Source: Rhizaria sp. SCN 62-66 (Eukaryota). From it: a DNA stretch of 20,000 nt. A program made the position numbers and the translations under genes. The notes under the pieces are model-generated. The model had not been told where the DNA came from and searched no databases. It saw only the letters and a program-made list of their open reading frames with translations. Positions 10,701 to 20,000 of this stretch are shown in pieces (the first letter of the stretch is position 1; every line of letters starts with the position of its first letter). The DNA lies in NCBI GenBank assembly GCA_001724265.1, contig MEDY01000181.1, positions 49,196-69,195 of the forward strand, given 5' to 3'.

Positions 10701-13700
10701 TACACCAGTCCCGGAGACTCGGCTGCAGTGACGTACCACGCGTTTATCTACACTTACGCCGAGCTCAGCGCCGCCGGCGTGCCCACGAGCCTCAACCTCG
10801 CCACACTCGAGTTTATGTTTGCGCTCCACCATTCGGCGGACATTTCACTTGCAGGAACCTTTGACGCCTCGTCGTCTTTTAAGGTTCGGATGCTGGCGGT
10901 GACCACGACGCTTTCGACCTTCGATAGCTCTGACTCGACCGTTTTCAGCAATCTGGCCGCGCGCGTGTCGCAGCAGCCCGCCGTGACGGTGTACCCCAGC
11001 ACGTGGCTCCAAGGAACGTTTATGTCGCTCACCGCGCCCTACGCCCGCGCCAGCTCGGGCGCTACGGGGGAGGCGCCGCTGCTGTCGAGCTCTAACATGC
11101 TCATTGTGATGCGGATTGATCACACCATGGTGGGGACCCCGGCGGCCTCTTCAACGCCCTTGTACGGGCTCGCATTACGAGAGGGCACTCTTCTCCGCTC
11201 GATGTCCATCGTAGCTGATGCCGTCACGACCTTAACCAGCCCCTACAACACGTTTGAGAAGTACACAGCGCGGCCTGTGCTCGGCCTACGCTCACCGCTG
11301 CCCTCGCACCCCTTCACCGCCCCACCAGCGTCGCTGTCGCAGGCTGCCAGCCCGCAGCTCGACGACCTGTGGCGCTTCGCGCGCGAGTCCGGCACCTGGC
11401 AGTTGCTGCGTGGCTACATGACGCCCGTGTCGCGCAACAGCGCAGCATAGCAGCGCGTGACGTCGCAGACAACGGCGTCGCACTGGCCCGGCGCGCGCCT
11501 GGGCGCGACGCTGTTGCTGCCGACCACCGACGTCGGCGGCGCTGTCAGCACTGACCGGACTGTGTTTGTGCACGGCGGCTACGCCGTGCACCCGCTGCCG
11601 AGTGAGGACGCGCGTTTGCTGGCGAGCCCCGCGCTGCAGCTGCACGCGGGATTTTACGCTCGTGCGTCGGCGCACGACGACCTGTGGTCCATCGACGTCG
11701 CAGCGAACTGTATCGACTCGGCCGCGCCCGGCGCCAATGAATGCGTGAGCCGCTCGCCGCTGCGTCCGTCTTTGAGCTCGCTGATGCCCGCCGGCGGCGA
11801 GGGCGTGTCACTCGCATACGATGAGGTCACGCTCGTGGCGCTTTCCGAGTCGCGCGGCAACACGTGTCCCGACGACTCGGCCGCGACGTGCGGCGCGGGC
11901 GGCGAGTGCATGCCCGCGGGCGGCTCGTACTACTGTAACTGCCACGCCTTTGCGTTTGGCTCGCGCTGCAACACCTCGCTTGAGGTTGAGCTGCGCACGC
12001 GGTTTGAGGCCAGTTATGGCACCGTGTTCGGCTCCATTATTGCCCCGAACTCATGGCCCTTCACTTCAGTCGCGCTGCGTCCGGGTACGGCCCAGCTGTG
12101 GTCGTACGGCGGCATGATGAGCACTTCAGGGGCGGCGACTGGCTACGCCATGGCCTCACACGCAGTCCTCGATCTGGCGCTGCGTACGATGAATGCGATG
12201 GGTCGCCCCACGGAGTTGATCGCATCGCACAATTTTTCGCAGGCCTTGGTCCCCAACGCGCCAGCTATCGACGGGAAGACGTACTACAGCGCGTCGTGGC
12301 CTCCGCCGTCGATCGAGTCGCACTCGTGGTTTACGCCTGACGGGCTCTACATGTTCCTGTACGCTGAGAGCTTCACCGCGCCGCCGGGACTATGGCGGTT
12401 TAATGTGACCAACTTTTCATGGACCACGACAGGCTTCGACCACCTCTCGTTCTCCGGCCGATACCCTGCCGGCACAGATAATTACACTTCCTCCGTCCCG
12501 ATGCCGGGTGTTGCGGACGTGATGAACCACCCCGGTGCGCGCCAAGGCTTTGCGCGCGCGTCGTACACGCCGGTGGGTGCGACCGAGACAGACACGCGCT
12601 TCTGCATCTACTCGGGCCACCAGTTTTACTTCACCAGCCGCGGCGACGACTTCAACACGGATCTCTGGTGTCTCTACACCTCTGGCACCACCGACCCCAA
12701 GTGGCGGCAGATGTCGGGCATGGCTGCCCAGACCGCGGCCGACTATTTCCCCGTGATGGGCGACCCGGGCGAGTTTGGTGCCAGCTTCAATCCCGGCTGC
12801 CGTGTTGGCGCCGCGATGACCTTTTCGCGCGACGGCCGCTTCCTATATCTCTTCGGCGGCTCGATGCATGGCCCGTCGGGAACGACGCAGTTTCCGAAGC
12901 CGGCGCTCATGAACGATCTCTGGGTATTTTCGTTTGCAAATAACCAGTGGGCCTACCTCACCGGTTCCCGAACATGGGCCACCGCTGGCTCAGCGTCAGC
13001 GCAGAACATCATGCTTGTTCCTGGCGCGGCCTCGCGTCTGCAGCGCCCCGGCGCGCGCGTGCATGCGAGTATGACCACCGACGACCAAGGGCTCGTGTAC
13101 GTGGCCTACGGGCTGATGGTGTCGGCCAATTCGGGTCCCGGTGACGGCATGGACAGCGCGATTTTTGCTGTGTTTGGTGAGCAGCTGTTTAACTCAAGCT
13201 GGGTCGCGCCCACCGACGCGGCCTTTGCACCCGCGTCGCATACTGTCGGCTACGAGCACGCTCCGTGGATATGGATGAAGAATCCCAACACTGGTGCCGC
13301 CGCGCCAGAGGGGCTCGTTTGGAGCGCGACCCCGGAGACGGGCCGCATCGGCGCGACGCTGTTTTTCGGCCCCAACGCGATGAACACCGATGCGACGGCC
13401 AAGACCACCCCCACGGGGACGTTGATGCGCACCGCGGGTGGCTACTACCACTCGGGCAAGACACGCACATATGGCGGCACGACAGGCTTCCCCTACTTTG
13501 ATTTCTCCCACGTTGGTTCGGCGCACGCGTTGCCTTCCGTTGTCGCCGTCACTTCGCCCTGCGCGCGCAACCCGTGCTTGAACGGCGGCGTGTGCTCCAA
13601 CTGCGCGACGGCTACGTGCGCCGCGGAAGACTCCCGTTTGTTCCCCGGCGTAGGCCCGCTGTCGTACCGCTGCCTCTGCCCCGCCGGCTGGTTCGGCCAG

Positions 13701-16700
13701 CACTGCACTGTGCAGCGCGAGCTCTACAAGCCTCTGTCGGCCGCGCCGGCGCTGCCCTGTCCGGCGCCGGCGACGTACGCGTCCTCGCTGAAGGAGCCCT
13801 GCACGTGCCCGTCTGATGGCACCACCGCTGGCACGCTGTGCTCGCCGTTGGTTGTGACCTCGCTCATTGACGACAAGGGCGAGATCCGCGAGGGCGCCGT
13901 GCGCTTCTTTGCGGCGTCGACCTCTGTCCAGGCGCTGCCGTTGCTCACCGCGCGCGCGCTGGGCGTGCCCACCGGCAGCACGGTCACGTTCACCGCGGGC
14001 GGTGCAGTCAAGGAAGATTTCACTGTGTTGACGGGCGCCATCGTTGCGCACGTGCCTGCGCTGCGCGCCAGCGTCCCGATCCAGGACGAACCTGCGACTG
14101 GCAACGAGGTGCCCGTGCTCAGTGGCACCGCCACGTACACGGGACAGATGATGGGCGCGAGCATGGTCTTCTACGGTGCCGAGAACTGTCTGTTCATTTA
14201 CGGCGGCATCGTCTCTGATGGCCTTAATCAGCGCGACTACTTCGAGCGCGTGTGGCGCGTGCCTGTCGCCGCAAACACACTTGGCTTACGGCCCACACTG
14301 CTCACGCCGGCCGAGCGCTACTTGCTCGTCCGCCCCGCGGCCTTCTTTACTGACCTGTCGCTGGTGTCCGTGACCGGCACTGGCCACGCGTACCGCACGA
14401 ATCCGATCAAATACCCCACAGGCGGGCCTGGCGCGCGCTCACACCACTCCGCAGTGTTGCTGCGCGATGCATTCAACATCGACTGGGTGTACGTCTACGG
14501 CGGCCAGTTGCCGTCGTCCTTAGATGCCACCAAGCTGGCGTTCCGCGCCGACATGTGGCGCCACCCCGCGACGAGCACATCTTCGGGTACAGTCGACTGG
14601 CAGTACGTCGGTTGCTCAATCGCAAACGACTACCTGTCTGAGCTTGTGGTTCGTAACGCCTCTTTTTCGATGACGAGCTTTTGCCCTCCGGCACGGTCTC
14701 GCGCCTCGCTTGTGAATGCAAACGGCATGCTGGTGCTAAGTGGCGGCGTGGGTGCCAATGGTCCGCTAGACGACGTCTGGCGCTTCGACCCCGCAGCCGA
14801 GACGTGGACGCTCATTGCTGGCGAAAGCTACAAGGCATCGCCTTCGACATTGACGCAGCACGTGACACCTCGGTTCACTGGTGATGCGTCGACGGACACG
14901 ATCGGCACGCGCTACGACCACGCGTGCGATGCGCTATCGGGCTCAAGCACCGTGGTCTGCCACGGCGGCTTCACCGCGCGCGACGCATACGTCGATTTTT
15001 ATCGACGCATTGAGTCGCTGGAGCTGAGTCGCGACCTGCACTTCTCTAAAGTTCCAGCAGACGCGCTCTACTACCCGTTCCGCGCGATGGGTTCGTTTGA
15101 GGAGAGCAAGCTGGGGACCTTTGTGCCTCTGGATGCGCTGCTGCAGGCCGGACTTGGGATCGGCATGACCGTGCGCGCTGTGACCTTTTACATGGCGCGG
15201 CCCGTCGACAGCGAGACTCTGTGGACCATGGAGGCGCGCGTTGGCTTTATTCCGGTCACTGATCTGACCCTCGAAACGCCACTGACTGACATCCCGATCC
15301 CCACGTCGTCGCAAGCTCAGACACTGTCGTCCACAAGCTCCTTTGGTGATCGCGGTCAGTGGTTTACGCTTGACCAGTTTGACGCCTGGACGCTGGCGGC
15401 GGAACATGTAGGCGTGATCGTGATGTTGCAGACGCAGCAAATTACCGGTAATATTGTCGAGGAGAGTCTTGCGTTTAGCTCTGTCGGCGTAGATGCAACT
15501 GGCGACGTGTTTACGACGTTCAGCACAGCGCGTACCAAGCCTACGCATTTTGCACTCATCAATACCACGGCATACGAGACGAACCTTGTGCCGCAGATGC
15601 GTTTCTCGACCTTGCCCGCGGCCAGCGTTCAGGGCCACGCAGCCACGAGCGATGTCTTTACCATCGACTCGGCCGTTGCCGCGTCGACCATCACACAAGT
15701 CGCAGGTCCCCCGACTACTCGCGTTGCGCCATCGGTTGCGGCCGGACTGATTTCCGTGCGCACCACTCCGCGCCTCGCGGTGCACGCCGGTGACCCCGTG
15801 CTGGAGGATTTGGAGCTGGGCCACGCGTCCATTTTCTCCTCTCTGAGCGAGGCTGACCCGGACGGCAGCGCACCTTCCTCGATGAGGCTGATGTCCAGCA
15901 CCCTGCCCGCGGTCGGCGGCCACGCGCTCACGCTGCTTCCGCCCTACGTTGCGGGCGCCGTGCCGCGCTTCTCGCTCTACGGCGGTCGCTGGTCGATTGA
16001 GACGGCGTGGAACGGCGCCACGGACGCGGCGAGCGCGATCGACAAATTGACCGGCTTCGAGCCCTTCCTGATTCGCTCGACGACTGGCTTGACGCCCAAG
16101 ACGGCCTCGTTCACGGTGCCCAGCAAGCGTGTGTTTGTGGCCGGCGCGCTCCCCGCGTACTCGGCTGCTGTGACGCCCATTTCACCGACACCACCCGCGC
16201 CTGTGCCGCAGACGCCGAGGTTCACACCCTCGATGACTCAGGTGCAGTTCACGTTTGACGTGGCGACGCAGCAGCCGCTCGCGACGACGTCGCCGTCGTA
16301 CGACAACTGCGTGCTCTTGTTTGATGTGACCACGCTCAGCCCCTTTGGCTCCGGTCCTGTGTGCACGTGGACGTCCCCGACCGTCTTTATGCTCACGCTT
16401 GGCGTGTCTTTCCAAGCGCGCAAGAGCACATCGGTGAAGCTCAAGGGGAACGTTGTACGTCGCGGCGCGGCTGTCGAGGCTGGCGAAACGGCCTACTGGA
16501 CAGCCGAACAGACGCTTACGATTGCCTCAACGTACACAGGCGCTGTCACACCCGCCCCCGTCTTGACTGGGCCCTCGGTGATTGGCCCCTGCGACGCTCT
16601 GACCCTGTCGTCGGCCGGCAGCTCCAACGCGGGCGGACTGGCTTTTCAGTACACGTGGAGCGTCAACGGCTCGGCGCAGCAGACCGCGCTGGCCAACTAC

Positions 16701-19700
16701 ATTGAGTCCCAGTACGGACTTCCGAGCGGAACGACATTCACAGCCACCACCTCTCCTTTCTTCTTGCCCATGCTGTTGTTGCCTGCGTCCGTTATTGGTA
16801 GCATTGTGCCTGCAAACAGCACGGCCTTGTTCACATTGACTGTCACCTCCTGGTTTGAAGCCACTGCGTCAACGACGATTCTTGTATCGCGTCAAGCTAT
16901 GATGTTGCCGCATATCTCAATCGCAGGCAGCAAAGATGTGGCGACACTGCCGCCGCGCAACGTCCTTGTGAACGCGCTGATTACGCGCGTTGGCATCTGC
17001 GATGACGCAACGATCCGCTCAGGTATCACGTACGATTGGAAGCAAATCCCCGTGCTGCCTGGGGACCTGGACGAGAAGGTGGAATTCACTGGTGATATGG
17101 CGTCACTCCGAATCCGTGCTTATGCGATGAAGGCACGCGCTGACCCGTACCAGTTTAATGTTACTGTTCGTGATACCACTGTTCGTGATACCACGAATTT
17201 CCTTAACTACAGCAACACCGACACTGTGTATGTGACCGTGTCGGCGTCGCCGCTGCGCGCATCGCTGACCGGCGGTGACCGCACACACGGTGTCGCCTCG
17301 TCACTCGCGCTTTCTGCAGCGGCGTCGCGTGATCCTGACATAGACCCTACTACAGGATCGCAGTCAAAAGACTTGAGTTACGCCTGGGAGTGCGTCAACG
17401 ACGCAGTGCCGACCATGACATGCTTCGGTGCGGATACAGACACGGTGCTATTGGAGAGCTTGACGAGCAGCACCGAAGCAGCACTGCTTACGATTAACAG
17501 TACCGTTTTAACCTACTTTGTTCCTTCTAGTGTGACTTCGCTCCGCTTCACGGTGACTGTGAGTAAGCCATCTCGGTCCGCGGTTACAGCGACGACTGTG
17601 GTCAAGCTCGTGCAGGAGACCCCTAAGTACGAACTCACGGTTGCCTCACCTGAGCGCGCGCAGTTGTTGCAGCAAAACCCCATTGTTCTCACTGCATTGG
17701 TTGCGCGCAAGGACTCTGCTGGCACAACTGCGGCTGCTGAGGTTAATAAGCCTCTCACGGTGTGGAGCTGCGACACGCGCAACACCAACTTGGACGAAGC
17801 TGGGCTTATTCTGTCTAAGTCCTCAGCGCCTGCTGCCGACAACTCGGGCCGCATGGTGCACACGTTGACGCTTGCCGGAGACAAACTCACCGCTGGTGTC
17901 ATTTACACATTCCGTCTCTCGCTGTTCAACGAGAGCGCCAAGGTGCCCTCCCAGGCCGAAATTCAGATCCTCCCTGTCGGTGCGTTGCCCTATGAGCTCG
18001 TCTCTGGGTTTGCTTCATTTCACATCAACACGCCGCCGCGCTCTGGTGTCTGCTTCCCTCTTTTCGCGAGCGTCTCGATGTCGGCTGCGGTGTCTGACCA
18101 GCCCTTCACGCTGCAGTGCAGCGGCTGGGAAGACGACGCGGAGGATTTGCCTCTGACTTACCACTGGTACGCCGAGACAAAGCGTGTTCTGCGCGGCGAG
18201 GTCAAGAGTACGTGGGTTGAGATTGGAATGGCGCTGCCGCTGCCGACGCTCGACGCCACACTGCACGCGGGCCGTGAAGAGGACGACTATTCCCGCGTTG
18301 TCGCGGTGTACATCACCGATATCTGGGGCTCGCAAACGCGCGTCGAGGTGACTGTGCCGTTCACTGCCCCGGCTGAGCCTGCAATGTGGCGTACGTCTCC
18401 TTCCCTGTACGCACCGCTTGGCGACAGCAGCGGCGTGACTGCCGCAGATCTTGATGTGCTGTTCGAGCTGTTAGCACCCGCGTCTGAGGTCGCTGATATT
18501 GCGACTATGACACAGACGACGCTTCGTATCACAGACGCACTCGACACTGCTCGCATCACTGCGGAGGAAAACGCAAGTTTCCGGGGCAAGCTGCTGACTG
18601 CCGTGCGCAATATGGCCACGGTGCTTACCGTGTCTCAAGATGCGCGCCGCGCTGTGGCCGCACTTGATGAGGTTGCTCGCGCAGCCGCGGAAGGCAGTGG
18701 CAGCTCAGAGAGCGCGACCACGGACACGAACCAGTTCAATAAGGGCACCGGCTACTCCGAGGTTGCGATTGAGCTGCTGACGCAGCTGTGCGCCGACGGA
18801 AAGAATCTGGACAGCGATGCGCGCAAGCAGGCGATTCAATTCTTAATCACCCAGACGTCGTCGCTCGCGTCACTCGACGCATTCAACGGCATGCAGACTT
18901 CGACAGCGGACTCGGCTCTCGTGACGACGCAGATGGTGATTGACGCATTCGCCCTTGAGATCTCTGGGCTTAACCGCAACATGACTCTCACCAACGCAAC
19001 AACTGATACTACCGGTGATGGCGCACGCATGATAGCGCTTAAGAACGAGGCTGCTTCCATTGTTAACGCTATCGCCCAGCAGATGAACGTGCTTGCGATG
19101 GGCTCACTTGCACAGCAAGCCATCGGACAAGACACTGCTGCGACAGTCAAGTTCGGCGGTTTGTCTGTTGTCTCGCAGGCTTTCACGACTGCACAGGCAC
19201 CCTCGAGCATGGCAGCGCCAATGCCCAATTCTGCCGCTGAGACGGGCGCTGCTGCTTCAATGGCGCGCGTGACAATGCCGCCGTCGATGCGCTCTCTTGA
19301 CGCCAATGCTTTGCAGTTTGTCATAGCGATGGTCGAAGACTCTGCTATTTTCCATCTTGCTGGCATGGGCGTTGATACATATCTCAATGGTTCGCAATCA
19401 TCGCCGTTGCTGGCGTTTACGGTGTTTGATCGCGCGCTCGCAAACGTGTCCACCATGATTGTGGGCGAAGGCAATTCTGTGCCTGCGCAGCAGCCGCTCA
19501 ACGATTTCGCTGGCAGCGGTGCCTCTGTCTCCTCAGGCAGTCTTTTTGCAACGTTTGCGGCCGCTGAAGGGGAACACTTCACTTTAGAGGTGCCACACCC
19601 TGCGCCGACGTGGCCCGACGTCAACTTTGTATGCGAGTGGTGGCACGCTGACAGCACCACCGGTGTCGGTGGCAAGTGGAGCACTACGGGCTGTAAGCTT

Positions 19701-20000
19701 GTCTCTGTCTCGAGCACCAACACGACGACGACGTGCCAGTGCACTCATCTGACTCTATTCCGCGTGCGGCTCGACTTCAACAACTTTTTGCCAAAATTTA
19801 ACACACTGGACGCGGATGATTTCAAGAACCTCACTTGGACCAACATCAAGGCGCACCCGCTGCCGCTCATCACGTGCGGGGTCTGGTTCGGCGCATACCT
19901 CATCTTTGCGTTCATCGCGGCGATGATTGATCGTCGCAAAGACGCGCGCGCGCTGCGTCACTACCACGGTGAGTGGAGTGACCCACAGCGCAAGCAGTGG
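7709..20000 (+). CDS. Giant polycystin-1/PKDREJ-like receptor (>4,030 aa: signal peptide, Kelch-like repeats, 2 EGF, REJ, GAIN/GPS, TM). Exon 1 7709-8728, exon 2 8928->20000, with two in-frame TAG codons (10254-10256, 11448-11450)
   Basis: Signal peptide MRHVFSLRTWPALLLLLLATLATLLTPVTS. ORF-track ORFs 8931-10256 and 10263-11450 and the unreported open frame 11451-20000 are all in the same frame, separated only by single TAGs. Domain motifs were read by manual translation (see sub-features). Confidence 0.85.
8729..8927 (+). other. Spliceosomal intron of the giant receptor gene (199 bp)
   Basis: CAG|GTACGT donor, TACTAAT branch-like motif near 8859, T-rich tract, GCCAG acceptor; phase 0 joins ...SVDQ to GLRGSS... 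Confidence 0.85.
11865..11969 (+). other. EGF-like domain 1 of the giant receptor
   Basis: CPDDSAATCGAGGECMPAGGSYYCNCHAFAFGSRC: six Cys with a C-x-C-x8-C ending. Confidence 0.8.
13560..13706 (+). other. EGF-like domain 2 of the giant receptor, with an internal insertion
   Basis: CARNPCLNGGVC...SYRCLCPAGWFGQHC, with an extra Cys-containing insert (SNCATATCAAEDSRLFPGVGPL). Confidence 0.85.
16550..18370 (+). other. REJ (receptor for egg jelly) module of the giant receptor
   Basis: LTGPSVIGPCDALTLSSAGSSNAGGLAFQYTWSV; PLRASLTGGDRT..LALSAAASRDPD..LSYAWEC; INTPPRSGVC..FTLQCSGWEDDAEDLPLTYHW. These are motifs typical of REJ domains; boundaries approximate. Confidence 0.8.
17163..17194 (+). repeat. 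Perfect 15-bp tandem duplication (ACTGTTCGTGATACC x2, plus AC), in frame, encoding TVRDT-TVRDT
   Basis: Directly visible: 17163-17177 is identical to 17178-17192. Confidence 0.95.
19632..19760 (+). other. GPS autoproteolysis motif (end of GAIN domain)
   Basis: CEWW...KWSTTGC...TTCQCTHLTLF matches the C-x2-W..W...GC...C-x-C-x-HL|T consensus; predicted cleavage between 19751 and 19752. Confidence 0.92.
19857..19928 (+). other. First transmembrane helix after GPS
   Basis: PLPLITCGVWFGAYLIFAFIAAMI followed by charged DRRKD, as in polycystin-1-type TM1. Confidence 0.8.

Larger units (their letters stand above)
9560..14975 (+). other. Region of multiple Kelch/galactose-oxidase-like beta-propeller repeats within the giant receptor
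   Basis: Recurrent P-x-A/G-R...hhhYGG...DLW.F....W pattern: PAARHSAALAYD..LWLYGG..FDDLWSFD..GQW; PGGRVFHAM..LFLYGGRG; LDDLWRF..GTW; NPGCRVGAAM..LYLFGG..NDLWVF..NQW; GPGARSHHSA..VYVYGG; PPARSRASL..LVLSGG..LDDVWRFDPAAETW. Confidence 0.85.

Noticed and set aside
8931-11450. Treating ORFs 8931-10256, 10263-11450 and the distal frame as separate genes
   Set aside because: Same frame, no intergenic space, no signal peptides or suitable ATGs, and a Kelch blade spans the first TAG.
10254-11450. Pyrrolysine or selenocysteine decoding of the internal stops
   Set aside because: Sec uses UGA, not UAG; Pyl is known only from archaea and bacteria, and this is an intron-containing eukaryotic locus.
10194-11453. 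Frame-preserving mini-introns removing the TAGs (10194-10256/10262; 11427-11450/11453)
   Set aside because: Donors GTTCAC and GTGTCG do not match the GTACGT seen in all four introns, there is no pyrimidine tract, sizes are far below 155-304 bp, and the first would delete the conserved PAAR Kelch motif. RNA-seq is needed for formal exclusion.
14943-19744. - strand ORFs 14943-15923 and 18836-19744
   Set aside because: Antisense to the REJ/GPS receptor frame, which carries all the recognisable motifs.

Overview
GC-rich eukaryotic (probably protist) genomic DNA with four protein-coding genes and short AT-rich spacers. (1) A kinesin-6-like motor on the - strand, running off the left edge. (2) A 3-exon MOB1 on the - strand, ending in TAA. 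(3) A 2-exon eIF2B-delta on the + strand, ending in TGA and divergent from MOB1. (4) A giant (>4,000 aa) polycystin-1/REJ-like surface receptor on the + strand, running off the right edge, with signal peptide, Kelch-like propellers, two EGF domains, REJ, GAIN/GPS and a first TM helix. All four inferred introns start with GTACGT. The standout observation is that the receptor's ~3,700-codon second exon has no frameshift and no TAA or TGA, yet carries two in-frame TAG codons (10254, 11448) inside Kelch-repeat sequence. Both complete neighbouring genes stop at TAA or TGA. This suggests a variant nuclear code with UAG as sense, or programmed UAG readthrough. Recent nonsense mutation or sequencing error cannot be excluded from this window alone.
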